In this document: positions 12,401-24,300 of the stretch, in pieces
Position numbering within the stretch: position 1 is the first letter of the stretch
Layout: each line of letters opens with the position of its first letter
Origin: Podarcis pityusensis
Taxonomy: Eukaryota
Direction: 5' to 3' (one strand)
Assembly (NCBI GenBank): GCA_964106645.2
Contig: OZ067041.1
Length of the DNA stretch: 64,000 nt
Program-made: the position numbers and the translations under genes
The notes under the pieces: generated by a model
Told to the model about the DNA's origin: nothing
The model's database searches: none
Seen by the model: only the letters and a program-made list of their open reading frames with translations

Positions 12401-15400
12401 AATTACAATCTTTTTCATTCTGAAGTTATCTATCCATGTAAGAAAGTAGTCTTGATAGATTTTTGTAGTCACACAATTTTTTGTGAGTCACCTTCAAGAG
12501 TCAGCTTAATTTTTAATTGTAGCATTACAAGAAGGCTTCCTAGCTGTATTATTCTGAAGCTCTTTCCCACTGCGGAGGAGGTCCCACTAAGCATATCATG
12601 TGAACATTATTGGTTCATGGCTGCTGGCAGTGTATTTGCCAGAGATGCTGAGCAGCTTTCCAGTAAATGTTAGCACATCCGTTGACATACTTAGGAAATC
12701 CATATTTCATCCCTGCCCTCCTCCAGGCACTCCACCTCCGTGTCATTGTGTATTGTTGTTGTTGTTTAGTCGTTTAGTCGTGTCCGACTCTTCGTGACCC
12801 CATGGACCAGAGCACGCCAGGCACTCCTGTCTTCCACTGCCTCCCGCAGTTTGGTCAGACTCATGTTTGTTGCTTCGAGAACACCATCCAACCATCTCGT
12901 CCTCTATCGTCCCCTTCTCCTTCTGCCCTCAATCTTTCCCAACAACAGGGTCTTTTCCAGAGAGTCTTCTTTTCTCATGAGGTGGCCAAAGTATTGGAGC
13001 CTCAGCTTCAGGATCTGTCCTTCCAGTGAGCACTCAGGGCTGATTTCCTTCAGAATGGATGCGTTTGATCTTCTTGCAGTCCATGGGACTCTCAAGAGTC
13101 TCCTCCAGCACCATAATTCAAAAGCATCAATTCTTCGGCGATCAGCCTTCTTTATGGTCCAGCTCTCACTTCCATACATCACTACTGGGAAAACCATGGC
13201 TTTAACTATACGGACCTTTGTTGGCAAGGTGATGTCTCTGCTTTTTAATATGTTGTCTAGGTTTGCCATCGCCTTTCTCCCAAGGAGCAGGTGTCTTTTA
13301 ATTTCGTGACTGCTGTCACCATCTGCAGTGATCATGGAGCCCAAGAAAGTAAAATCTCTCACTGCCTCCATTTCTTCCCCTTCTATTTGCCAAGAGGTGA
13401 TGGGCCCAGTGGCCATGATCTTCGTTTTTTTGATGTTGAGCTTCAGACCATATTTTGCACTCTCCTCTTTCACCCTCATTAAAAGGTTCTTTAATTCCTC
13501 TTCACTTTCTGCCATCATCATTGTGTATTACAGCCATGAAAGAGCATGCAACAACCTACGGACTAGGTTCAGGTCTTTGCCAATGTGTTTTTAGCAAAAG
13601 GTACCAGCTGCTCAGTATATATTGCAGTCTTGTGCCCGTTCCTCTTCCTGTCCCCACTAATTGGTTGCAATCACAAAGTAAAGCTTGATAATAATTGCTG
13701 AGGAATATGTAAAATACCTCTTGCATATTGACATGTGATTAGAGCGTATTGATAGCTAGATTGATGATATAATTCCATTGCTCTCTTTTCTTCCTCACCG
13801 TTTTAATCATTGATTTGCATTTCTCACTTGATCCAAAATGCTTGTATCACCAAAGCTACATATGTACTTTACATTTAAAGTACAAAGAATCATAGGAGCT
13901 GCATTTTACCCCTCACAGAGTTACAATTATCAGTCCTCAGCATCCTTTGGGGGTGAGGAATGTTGTTTGCATTTGCTTTAAACGTATACTGTGTTGGCAG
14001 CCCAAATTTCCCTGCTGTCACTGGACAAAATTTCCTCTATCACCAGCATAATTTGACTGGCACAAAAAGTTGGTAGTTCTCACTATCCTTCATTGCAGTT
14101 GGTTGGACTGCAATGACTATTGGGAGTCCCTTCCACCTCTACAAATGGTATGATTCAGTGATACACAGTATATTGTATTCTATCCACAGATTATGCATTT
14201 TGTGCTTTTTGTTATGTTGCCAATAGCACAAATTCCTAATTACTTGTTTTATGGCTACCTTGATGGAGAACCAGAAATAAATATACGTTTTAAGTCAACA
14301 TTTTCTGTAAGGGTGCATCATTCACCACTGAATATTTTTGACGGTAGGAACGCAACATTTTCAATAGAATCTTTGGGGGATTTCTCATGAGGAAGGCATA
14401 TGAACTTGGATGGGCTTGTGCCTACAGCTATGGGTAAGTCGCAGGATGGTAATATTTATGGGACTTAAAGCCCGGCGAGTCTTTTGGGAGGGTGGGGGGA
14501 GGGGAAGAGGGCAGGAGTTCACTTGGTTCTCCCTCCAGACTTCCTCCTTCCCGGCTATGAGTGGGAAGAGCACCTTTCTCCTCTTGCACTCTCAAATCAG
14601 TACCATGTGAGCAGGGAAGAGGCCACGTAACCTTGTAAAGTGATTTGTTTTACAGATTCAGTACAGCAGCCTTCCCCAACTTGGTGCATTCCAGATGTTG
14701 CCCGACTACAGCTGCCATTTCCCCTCACTATTGGGAGTGATGGCAGGAGCTAGCTGGGAGTTCAACAACATCTGGGGGAGATCAGTTTGTGGAATGCAGC
14801 TGTAAAGTGATGCACCCAAAGACATTTGGGCTAATTTTGTAGGAGTTAGTGAAATCTCATACAACAAATGAGTATCACTAAGTTGGACAGTGAAAAACGT
14901 CTTAGGAACTGCCAGCTGGTCTTACCCCTTTCTTTCATAAAACAAAATTATTTAAAGCCTTTTCCTAATTGCAGGTGATATCTATACACAAAAATCAGCT
15001 TTTATGTCGTTTCTGATTTCTCATGTTTTTTCATGTTACTTACAACGCAGTGTTCCCTATGTTTCCCTTTTAAAAATGTATTATTTTCCTCCGCTCCAGA
15101 AACTCCCGGCCTTATGTGGTAGCTGTAGATGATATCATGTTTCAAAAACCAGTTGAAATTGGATCTTTGTTACTACTTTCTGCCCAGGTAATGGATTTAT
15201 TCTACTGAAACCATTTTGATAGATCATACTGGTATAAATCATTTGGCTGTCCCTGAAAGTGAGCAATAACAAGTCAGAGAAACACTGGCTTTCCTTTTCA
15301 AATATTAAAATGTTGTGTCTTCCTTGTTCATTTCTGAATTTGGAGGCCCATAGTAGCTCTTTTTTGTTTTAAAGGTATGCTATACTGAAAAAAATAATGC

Positions 15401-16292
15401 CCAGGTTCGAGTACACAGTGAGGTGTATGATCCAGCTACCAGAGTGCACCATACAACCAATGTCTTCCACTTCACATTTATGTTAGAAAATGAGATACCA
15501 AGTATTGTTCCCAGAACATATGGCGGTGAGTACCTATTTTGGAAGCTTCACACAGTGCATGATATTGCATGCTGCAGTGCAAAAGTAATGGTATTATAGG
15601 ATCATGGGCCCAGGATGGATTCCTTCCTGTTCTGGTTGTCCCCCACCCCAGTACCCCTTTTCCTCTCTTATCACCTCTCTTTCTGGGTTCATTTAGGTAG
15701 CCCAGAGAAGAATTGTATAGTACCATATTGGCTGTATATCTGTTTCAGCAGCAATATCATAAAAGGCAATTTGTGTAAGGTCATGAATTTAAGCTGTACT
15801 TTTAACATTTCATGGTCGGAATTTGGAAAAGTGTGTGACTTATATTCAGGCCAACATGGTAATTTGTGCATTCTGTTTTTTGTACTAACGTAGTTCAAAC
15901 TGTGTGAATCTAGGTCCACAGTTCCTATCCATTTGTTTTGTTTTGTTATTTTAAGGTATTAATCTGCCCACTTCTTCAGTCTGTGCTGTGTGAACTAACC
16001 TAAATGAAAGGAGGAACGATGAAAGTGTTCTCAATGAAGACAGAGTAAAACTTTTATTCCAATTTTGGAAACAGGCAGGCTTAAAAGCGAGAACCCAGTG
16101 TGTGTAAGGAAAAAGTGTGAAAAATTGACTCGAGTATGTCTTACTAATTGACCACATAATCTTAGGAAGTTTGAGAAGTATCCATATAAATGACTTACGG
16201 TAGTTGCTTTTTCTTGTCTTTCAGAATCCATGCTGTATTTGGATGGGAAGCGGCACTTTGATTCCGCCATGAAAGAAAACATAGCACCCTAG
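527..16292 (+). CDS. ACOT9: Acyl-CoA thioesterase 9, mitochondrial (whole gene, 16 coding exons, 437 aa)
   Basis: Exons joined at GT-AG sites with consistent phases give 1314 nt. Peptides such as LREIVGASTNWRDHV, FGRILEDLDSLG, ERNIFNRIFGGFLMRKAYEL, VDDIMFQKPVEIG and ESMLYLDG match vertebrate ACOT9. Adjacent to PRDX4 as in human Xp22. Confidence 0.97.
2255..2346 (+). CDS. ACOT9: ACOT9 exon 2 (WFSLSKACPPLARMLTSSTSGSHISQTMEE)
   Basis: ttttgatgcag| acceptor, G|gtaatg donor, open frame with phase 2 to 1 bridging exons 1 and 3; presequence-like composition. Confidence 0.82.
3628..3654 (+). CDS. ACOT9: ACOT9 exon 3, 27-nt microexon (GHSPIHVNN)
   Basis: tttacag| acceptor, G|gtgtgt donor; resembles the human 9-aa cassette exon (CSPIHVNH). 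Confidence 0.88.
4389..4577 (+). mobile_element. tRNA-derived SINE
   Basis: A-box/B-box-like head (tagctcagcgatag...ggattcaatt); related copies at 31965-32097 and split at 60922-61312. Confidence 0.7.
5882..6019. mobile_element. Older hAT-type palindromic MITE in ACOT9 intron 3
   Basis: CAGGG...CCCTG ends, actcccatcatcc/tgggagttg core, 8-bp TSD ttctggaa/ttctagaa. Confidence 0.75.
6386..6427. repeat. (CA)n microsatellite
   Basis: Direct inspection. Confidence 0.95.
6655..6700 (+). CDS. ACOT9: ACOT9 exon 4 (VRNRLREIVGASTNWR)
   Basis: gttgcag| ... |gtatga; conserved peptide. Confidence 0.96.
7148..7318 (+). CDS. ACOT9: ACOT9 exon 5 (DHVQAMNERK...LNVHNSVR)
   Basis: cctccag| ... |gtaaaa; conserved peptide. 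Confidence 0.97.
7599..7636 (+). CDS. ACOT9: ACOT9 exon 6 (FGRILEDLDSLG)
   Basis: ggtag| ... |gtatgt; hotdog-fold motif. Confidence 0.96.
8259..8342 (+). CDS. ACOT9: ACOT9 exon 7 (VLICYTH...SIVTALVDKI)
   Basis: ctacag| ... |gtacgg. Confidence 0.96.
9092..9195 (+). CDS. ACOT9: ACOT9 exon 8 (LWKQDIRP...SMEVKMHMLQ)
   Basis: ttttag| ... |gttgta. Confidence 0.95.
9257..9616. mobile_element. Degenerate non-autonomous DNA element (possibly PIF/Harbinger-like) in ACOT9 intron 8
   Basis: Imperfect terminal inverted repeats ggcctggttcacat...aaaccacagttaaa / tttagctatagttg...gtgtaaaccaagcc. Confidence 0.5.
9712..9785 (+). CDS. ACOT9: ACOT9 exon 9 (FHDGAYHPVLDATFVMVARDPENK)
   Basis: ttttag| ... |gtaagg. 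Confidence 0.96.
10183..10250 (+). CDS. ACOT9: ACOT9 exon 10 (PAFVNPLILESPEEEKIFKEGE)
   Basis: tcacag| ... |gtatgt. Confidence 0.96.
10719..10830 (+). CDS. ACOT9: ACOT9 exon 11 (NKTRR...FLNTLDPR)
   Basis: ggttag| ... |gtaggt. Confidence 0.95.
11447..11584 (-). mobile_element. MIR/Ther1-derived (Squam3-like) SINE
   Basis: gggatttgaacctgg...ctaactattgcaccac reversed tRNA head plus core. Confidence 0.7.
12188..12278 (+). CDS. ACOT9: ACOT9 exon 12 (TVSFRSRLLP...LEICHPQ)
   Basis: tcatag| ... |gtattt. Confidence 0.96.
12755..13517 (-). mobile_element. BovB (RTE clade) LINE, 5'-truncated copy in ACOT9 intron 12
   Basis: ORF 12904-13521 encodes the BovB RT C-terminus (LKLNIKKTKIMA, ITLPTKVRIVKAMVFPVVMYG, RIDAFELWCWRRLLRVPWTARR); (CAA)n tail; 12-bp TSD tcattgtgtatt at 12743-12754 and 13518-13529. 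Confidence 0.95.
14348..14433 (+). CDS. ACOT9: ACOT9 exon 13 (ERNIFNRIFGGFLMRKAYELGWACAYSYG)
   Basis: ggtag| ... |gtaagt; second hotdog-domain motif. Confidence 0.97.
14666..14802. mobile_element. Degenerate hAT-type palindromic MITE
   Basis: ccagatgttg...caacatctgg inverted arms. Confidence 0.6.
15100..15187 (+). CDS. ACOT9: ACOT9 exon 14 (NSRPYVVAVDDIMFQKPVEIGSLLLLSAQ)
   Basis: ctccag| ... |gtaatg. Confidence 0.96.
15375..15525 (+). CDS. ACOT9: ACOT9 exon 15 (VCYTEKN...IVPRTYG)
   Basis: ttaaag| ... |gtgagt. Confidence 0.96.
16225..16292 (+). CDS. ACOT9: ACOT9 exon 16 coding part (ESMLYLDGKRHFDSAMKENIAP*)
   Basis: tttcag| acceptor; TAG at 16290-16292. Confidence 0.96.
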
Positions 16293-17283
16293 CAGTGTGC
16301 CACCTTTGGAAGGAGATCGCCTTGGAAGCTTTAAGCATATTGCTTCTCCACAGGAGGTGGCAAAGCATTTCTGCCATTAAAAACAGTATGATCATGAATG
16401 CAGAAATGCTCTAAAGCACTTACTTTTATATCCATTTATTGTTTATTTCTATTTATACATAGTTTTTAGATTGATTTTTGTATTTCATATTGGCGTTTCA
16501 TGTATTTTATGTATTTTTAACGCCAAAAGACGAACAAACTATATATCATGACCATCACAGTGGTCATTTGCTTTGCAAAGTGAACAAAGGTAGCTCTGAA
16601 AGGTGGAGGGTGAAGAAAATGCAGTCTGGAATCTGCCACTGAACATCTTTTGCATTGTTACTCAGAGGTGGTGATCAGTATACCATTTAAATTCATATGC
16701 TTTTCCTTAAATGTTTTCTACCACTGACTTCAGACTGATAAAAGCAGCTAAAGCTCCTGCACACTAATTGAAAAGGATTAAGCAGTTGCATGGTGTGTCA
16801 AGGCCACATCAGGTCCATGAAGACCATTACCCTGCCTATCACAGTGGAACTTCCTGAATTAAGCAAGAACGTCTCTTGATTTCAGCCTTTGATAAACTCC
16901 TACCAGATATGGAAATGTTTTACTGAATAATGTATTATATCCTATAATTTAAAAAATCATACGCTTGATTGAAATAATCTTATTACAAGCTACAAAAATA
17001 TATTCCAGGTCGCTTCATATCATGTATGGTAGATCTACCCTCACATTGGAAATGATTTGGCAAAGATGCTGTGCCAATTTGTGTTTCTAAACTGCGCATC
17101 AGTGAAGCCAGAGATTCCTTTCTTTTCATAGATATTTCTCTATGCCAGTTGCATTTTGAAGTTTTGGGCTATTCAAAACTGAGAATGCAACTCCCCCTTG
17201 TGGATGTTTGAAGCATAACCATGCTTCTACTATGAATAGATTGAGATACTAATCACATTACTGGATGTCCTCCTCCATCTGAG

Positions 17284-17289
17284 AATAAA
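17284..17289 (+). terminator. ACOT9: Candidate ACOT9 polyadenylation signal AATAAA
   Basis: First AATAAA I noticed after the stop codon, followed by T/GT-rich sequence; an ATTAAA also occurs near 16376. Confidence 0.5.
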
Positions 17290-17423
17290 GATGCTTGACA
17301 CTGTATTTTAGTGTTTAAATTATGCATTTAATTTGTAGAAATGTGTTTGGATTGTGCAGTTTCTGTAACTCATCTAACTTAAAAATACATCCCCAAAGTT
17401 TAAGTAACTGTGGTAGCTTTTTC

Positions 17424-17574
17424 CAGTGCTTTTTTTCTGGGGAGACGCAGGAGGATGCATACTCCTAAACAATTTGTGAATCTTAAGTTTGGCCTCATTG
17501 AGGGGCAGTATTTCAATATGAGTAGAAAAATGAGAGTACCCATAAACATTTTTTTTTAAAGAAAAAAAGCACTG
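17424..17574. mobile_element. hAT-type MITE between the ACOT9 and PRDX4 3' ends
   Basis: TIRs CAGTGCTTTTTT / AAAAAAGCACTG; perfect 8-bp TSD gctttttc. Confidence 0.85.
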
Positions 17575-17980
17575 GCTTTTTCACATTTGCTGTATACTGT
17601 CTCTCAAAAACATTGTGTGCATAGATTGTGATTCAATAATTGAAGTTTAGACTTAATTTGGAAACGAGTTCCATCTAGTCCTGTACCCTTTGCAAGAATA
17701 TATGGTAAGCAGATGGCAGCACAAATGAACAATTTTTACCTTCTCATGCCCATCTTGCACTCATTTGTTTTGACTCTGCGTTTTCAAAATAGAAATCATA
17801 GAATATGGGAAGTCTGAATTATGTAATCAATATATTGGAGTGGGCAACCTCCAGTCTGTGGGCTTCCTGCTTGCCCTGCAAGGCTGTTTTCCACAAACCA
17901 TACCCACCTACCTTCCTGTGATGTCAGGCAGAAATGCAGCTGTTTTCCCTGTAGAAAGCAGGGTTGATCAATCAGCTGAT

Positions 17981-17982
<2 letters not shown>

Positions 17983-18014
<32 letters not shown>
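17983..18014. repeat. (GT)n microsatellite
   Basis: Direct inspection. Confidence 0.95.
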
Positions 18015-18016
<2 letters not shown>

Positions 18017-18301
18017 TTGGTTCGGTGTGTGAGATTAATTTGCACACTTACTAAATTCTATGGAACACAATGCTTACTTCAGAGTAAACATGCATATAGT
18101 TGGGTTAGAAATAGTTATTAGTGTGACTAGCAGCATGAGGCTTCCAACAGTGAAAGTAATTTTACATGGTAATATTTTAGCACTGCTTCACTGCTATTAT
18201 TCTACTTTAGTAGAACAAGAAGCCTTATACACACTGAACCAAACACTGGTACAATTCCACCAAGAAGCAACACACAAGCAATTATCAAAATTAGTGGAAC
18301 T

Positions 18302-18307
18302 TTTATT
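18302..18307 (-). terminator. PRDX4: PRDX4 polyadenylation signal AATAAA
   Basis: tttatt on the + strand, 36 nt after the stop codon. Confidence 0.7.
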
Positions 18308-18343
18308 GGCAGATTTTTAGCTGTGAATTGTAGAAGAAAGCAG

Positions 18344-18394
18344 TCAGTTCACTTTACCAAAATACTTCAGTTTTCCTGCAGGATCTGGAATTAT
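18344..18394 (-). CDS. PRDX4: PRDX4 exon 7 coding part ([16 protein letters not shown])
   Basis: atccag| acceptor; TGA at 18346-18344. Confidence 0.96.
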   Translation of the reverse strand: MIPDPAGKLKYFGKVN

Positions 18395-21300
18395 CTGGAT
18401 AAGGAGAAAAAAGTTGCAATCAAAATCAAAATAGTCTAATGTTTGTTATATATCTGCTGTATAAAGTGAACTAAGTCCTGTGCTGATGATTGGATGTATA
18501 TTAGACCCATCCATCCTCCAATGAGTTCCCCAAGATAACACAGGTACTCAAATACCCAACAGTACTTACAAATCTTCTCTTGGCCACCACATTCTCATAG
18601 CATCTTCAGGTTTGATCTAAACACATGCAGAAGGCATGGCTACAGCTATTAGTGTATTCCTGTTTTCATGTCACAATAGTTTGATGATACAGAGTACCCT
18701 ACAGACGCATGTGCCCTACCTCTCCTGCTGCTGCTCAACACACACATTTCCTGGTAAGAACTACAGTTACACCAATTCAGATATGGTATACCAAGGGTGG
18801 GTAGCCTTGGCCCTCCATGCATCGCATCTTTCCCTCTCCCCTCACTGGCCCTGCTCTCTAACAAGTGCTTTTGCTTGTCTGGAATGTGTCTGTGATCTTT
18901 GATAATGCTTCTTGCTTGTATGGATTTTGTATTTTCTATTTTCTGACTGTGTTCTTGCCCTCACACACTGGATATGGTGACACATACACCCCAATCATAA
19001 TGTGAGCATAGGATTGCACTGATAAGCACCATGGATTTTTCTGGTACCAAGGTGCACCTAATGCTCTTCGGATTGTACCCAAAATCATAAGGGGGAAGAC
19101 TGAAATCATCGGTGTCCTTCAGTAACATGTCTGGATAAAACAAACTACTGTAGGGATGTGGAACTGTCTTGAGAACGCATGCAGTGTTCTTTTGTGACCT
19201 GTCTACAGTCGCACTTGTGATAAACCACATGTTATTCCATTGCTGCACTTGTCAAGTCACTGGCCAAAAAACTCAGATTAATATCCTCAACTTTGATGTT
19301 TCTTTATTCTGAAAGTCTATAATGTAGAAATAAATGGCAAATACTTCTACAAAATGTTTATAAAGACTGCAGCCCTGTGCATACCTACTCAAAATTAACT
19401 CCTTGAATTTAATGGGACTTATTCCAAGTTAAATGTGCATAAGACTGTAGCCTAAGTGGATGTATTCAGAGACTGTGAAATCTATTGACCAATGAAGATA
19501 CTGTTATATGTTAAGAGTGCAAAATTACTAGTACTTGTGATTTTTTGTATCCTACTTAAATGCTATAGAGTTCTGGAGCAGGTTTTTGCACAACAATAAT
19601 GCTATTCATGTAGCAGTTATCTAACATGCAAGCACCTTAAGGAAATACTTAGTCTTGATTTTTCCTTCACTGTGTAAAATCTTAGCAAGAAAAGCATGCT
19701 GGAAAAGCTGATAGAGATAAGATGAAGAAGTAAAAGGCAAGGTTTCAAATGGCATTCAAATTGCCCATGCATTGCTTTTGGCCTGCTGATAACATTCCCC
19801 ACATGACATAAGATAAAAAATTTCAAATGGAGCATTCAAGGAAAAACTATGTTCCAATTATATTTATAAACACCCACTTACTGTTTCACTGCCTGGTCTC
19901 CAACCAGCAGGGCAAACTAAGAAGACAAGGAAAGGAGACATTAAGCTCATGGTTAAAAATAACCCTGCCTTCCTATTCCTTTTGTTTTGTGGAACATGAA
20001 AGAAATAATTCATTTTCTGCAAGTACAAATCTATATATGATGAGGTAGCTGAATGAAGTAGGATTTAATCATAGAATGAGAACTTTTCAATTAGTTTTAC
20101 AACTAATACCCGGAACCAGGTATTATAGTATTGAAGATTGCTAGAAATGTTAAGACCAACAGTAATTTGTCAAAATATCTAACAGTCTCAGCTTTCTTAC
20201 TTGCTATCTAGAAGAAATCTTTCTTTTCTGTGTAGGCAACTGAATGTTTAACCCTGCAGGAAATACCTTCTCCATGTTCGTCAGTATACTGGAATGCTTG
20301 TACTAGACGAAGAGTCTCATCTACAGATCTGCCAACAGGAAGATCATTCATTGTGATTTGTCGAAGATTTTTCTTGCCATCAATAATGAACAGGCCTCTG
20401 TGGAAACATAAATATAAGAGAAATTGGCAAGACAAATATCAATAACCTCATTCTGTGCATATATCACCTGTCTGTGAAACACCTGTATCAACTCTTCACC
20501 GAAAGCAATACATTTTATTTCACTATGGGATCTAACGATGCACGTCATAGATCCACTGAAATAACTAATTGCTAACCCAGCTTTTAAGAACTGTGCTCTT
20601 GTTCTAGTCAAGTTTTTCTCTCCAATAGACTGCTGTTGTAAAATCAGCAATTCTGATCTTGCAACTTTTTTAAACACAGATTTTTGTTGAATGTAACAGA
20701 ATTTTGATACAGCTTCATACAGGAAAAATATGACAATAATCTATAACTATTTGAGTAGCAGACAGAGAAGGTAATGGAATAGTTAACATTATACCTAAGA
20801 GCATGTCCTTGATCCTCTAGATAAACTCCATAATCTTTTGAGATCTGGTGCGTCAAATCTGAAAGAAGTGGTATCTTTATTGGTCCCAGTCCTCCTTGCT
20901 TCCGAGCTGTATTAATCCTATAGCAATGAAGATCACCAAATACTTCTGTGAGAACTATTCCATACCTGCACTATCAACTTAGTATCATTCACAGTATCTA
21001 CATGATAGGTGGTGAATTTAATGGACCTGATCTAGTCTTTGCATCTCCCTCACCCTCTCCTGTGTGCACTTCTCCAGAAATGGAAGTTTCCTGACAACAC
21101 ATTCCTCCTGCCATTGACAGGCCTCCTGTAACCAGGCAGCTATACTCATGGGATGGCTGCAGTTACTTAACAGTCCCAAGTTTCCAATCAAGATTTCTGC
21201 TTTGTACAGAAAATGTAATGGCTACCAATAAGTTGTGTAAATGAAAGGGAAAAAGGACTTACCATGCTAAATGAGTGAACTGCGAGTCTACTGAGCAAGC

Positions 21301-24300
21301 AACCACTTCAGCACCTATTGCTCTGAATTCTTCAATTCTGTCACTAAAGGCAATGATCTCCGTTGGACATACAAATGTGCTAAATTTAAAGAGAGACCAA
21401 AATGTAAATTTCTAAAAAGAACAGATCCCTATTTATAACCAATCACTAAAACAGAAATGAACTGCTTTCTGCAGAGCACTCAATTTTCCAGCTATTTATT
21501 TATTATTTTCTTTTATTTATGCCTGCCCATTTATAGCCTTCATTGGTCACTGATTCAAGGATGCATGTAGGAAAACAAGTTTTATTCCATTACAACTTCT
21601 AAAACTCTAGCATCCTATTCTAAACATTTTTGGCAGTGTATTCTGTTCAACCATTTTGCAGTGCCAGAATAACTACATACTCTGTGAAGTGTTTGCATAG
21701 CTGTTGATATGTGACATCCTAAATACTTATATGGTGCCACAGCAAATATTTTGAGTGAACTACTAGACAGAAAATTCTATTTCCAGTCTGAAAGCAGCAG
21801 TCATGTTCAACATTATTATGTTTAATAGAAAACTATCTTATTTGTCCTTCACTTCAAAAAATCAATCAACTATATGGCAGTGGGATGGATGCCAATTACC
21901 AGGAGGAGGGACGAAGTAGCAGGAAGATTGGTGTGATAGGGGCACACTGGTGCAGCCAATCAGCACTCCTACCAGTGTTCCTGTACCACATCAACCTCCC
22001 CACCATTTCACTGCTCTTGGTAAATTGCAGTGGCTCTGTGGCCAGCAAAGTGGCATTGCTGCTCCACACCACTGGGAGAGTTTGCTTTTGCTTGCTACAT
22101 AGTGCTACAGGGCTCTGCTATGTATAGTGGGACATTTCTGGAGAGTAAGGGCCCTGAGCATGAGTCCTTGCTGGGCTGTTATCCCCTTTACAAACTAACA
22201 GCTTGCATAGAGACTTCTACCATATCTCTGGGGGCCCTGTCCTGTTGTCCTACTCAAAAAAAAAATCAGACCACACAAGTTCAGAATTACAAGGATTGAT
22301 GATCATTGCATGTGAGTAGCCAGGATTTATTTGGGGTGGGGGAGGAGGAGGCAGGAATTATGTGGGGGTGGGGGGTGGGGCAGAACCGAGTTATCTGCGA
22401 TGCAATTGGCCACTTAGTTAGGCAATTTTATTTATTTACTTGATGGGGGGCAGCTGCCCCCACCCATGGATCATTGTGAATTTCACACATATTACCCCAA
22501 TAAATCGAGAAAACACTTAGGATTATAATTTGTGGGATTTCCATAGCCACTTTCATAATTTTATATTTTCCAATTCTTTATTCCTGTTAAATAAGCAATT
22601 TTCTTGGCCTAAAAATGAAAAGACTGCTATGATCAGCAAGCATTATATTGTGAAAATATACATATATTTCATGTGTTTTGCTTACAAGTCAAGTGGATAA
22701 AAGAAGAAAACAAGGTATTTTCCTTCGAAATCCGTTAATTTCAGTTCTTTAAACTCTCCATTGATGACTGCTGTTCCTTCCCAATAGGGTGCTGGTTCGG
22801 AAACTAAAAATGAAGGATACATTGTACTTTAATTCATTTTGCCTGATTGTGCTGGGATATAAGTGCAATATTTCTCTTTGAATAGATTAAATTAAATAGA
22901 TAATGTTCATTTTAAAGAAGCAATGCTGGAAGAACTTAAATATTGGAAAAATTATTTCAGTTGCGGTTCTTATGACTTACAGTAAGTTATTGAGAACTGG
23001 TGTACCAACAAACATACACTAATGCCATAGCACACATTTTTATTTATTTATTTATTTATTTATTTGCCGGTGGTGTGTGCAACACAAATGTTTGGAACTA
23101 TCTCAGCACAAATTTGGAAATTCATAGGATGGGTGAATGGAATATGTTGGTACTAAGGTGTGCACTAAGAAATGGCAGCTAAAGGGATAGGTGCAGTGCT
23201 GAAGATTGGGATTTGAGATTCTACAAAACTTTTGTTAACACATACTTCACAAGGTTAGAGTATGATATCCTCAGAAGAAACCAGCTGGATTCATGTCAAA
23301 GGATGCTACTTCAGCATCCTATTCTAGTGGTAGCCAGACACACACATATGGGAAGTCTGCAAATGGGACCTGAGTGACTAAGCACCCTCTCTGGTCTGAT
23401 TCCCAGCAGCTGATATTTAAAATATATTGCATCCGACAGTATCTTCAATGGCACTGTGAAAGGTAGCAGTCTAAATCACAGTAATCAGTGCTTGGTGACA
23501 CTGAAGATACTACTTGATGAAAAACATAATTGAGATATATAAAAAATGGACCCAGCTGCAGCCCAAGTATGAAAACTAAAGAATCACTGTCCATTGATTA
23601 ACAAAACTCTCTCTGTATCTACTCAGACATAAACCCTACTGAATTAAATGTAAGTACAGTATGTATATGAATTAGGATTGCAACTTAAAGACATATACTC
23701 AAAGCACCTGCTTACTGGATCAGTTTATGAGGACTATTTACAAAAATAGACAAGCCACTCTTGGAACTAAGTCACTATTGGATACAAAGCTTGTCTTCTT
23801 TGCAAATTGTCTAAAAAACAAACAAGAAATCTGCCAGATTATTCAATCTTGCAGTTTTCTTACCAGGAGGTACTTAGTTGAAACTTTTTTGAAAAACAGC
23901 ATATTAAGTTGATTGTACTGTAGTACAGAATGCCACTCTATCGTTTCAGAATGCTGTAAAACACATGGCTTACTCATTGAAGTACTGTATTCAATGGGGC
24001 TAACTCCTAGGTAAGTAGGTGTAGGATTGCAGCCTTAAACTTCTTCTTTTAAAAACCTCTCTGCACTTTCAAAGCAATAGCCTTTGTCTGACGTGTCCTT
24101 ACTAAAAAAACAACCGCTAATCAACCATGCACCGACAAGGAAAGTAAATATTTGCAACAAGAGGGAGGTGCTTCTTTTAAATTTAACCCATTCTCACGCT
24201 ACCATTTGCGCTGGGTGGGGAGAAGCCTTCAAAACTCTACCCAATTTGCAGGCAGAGAGCACTTTTTTTGGCTTTAACCTGCTGTTCCTTTTTGGAAGGG

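Noticed and set aside
12794-13309. 171-aa + strand ORF (and the similar 30033-30380 - strand ORF)
   Set aside because: Antisense reading frames of BovB copies, not host genes
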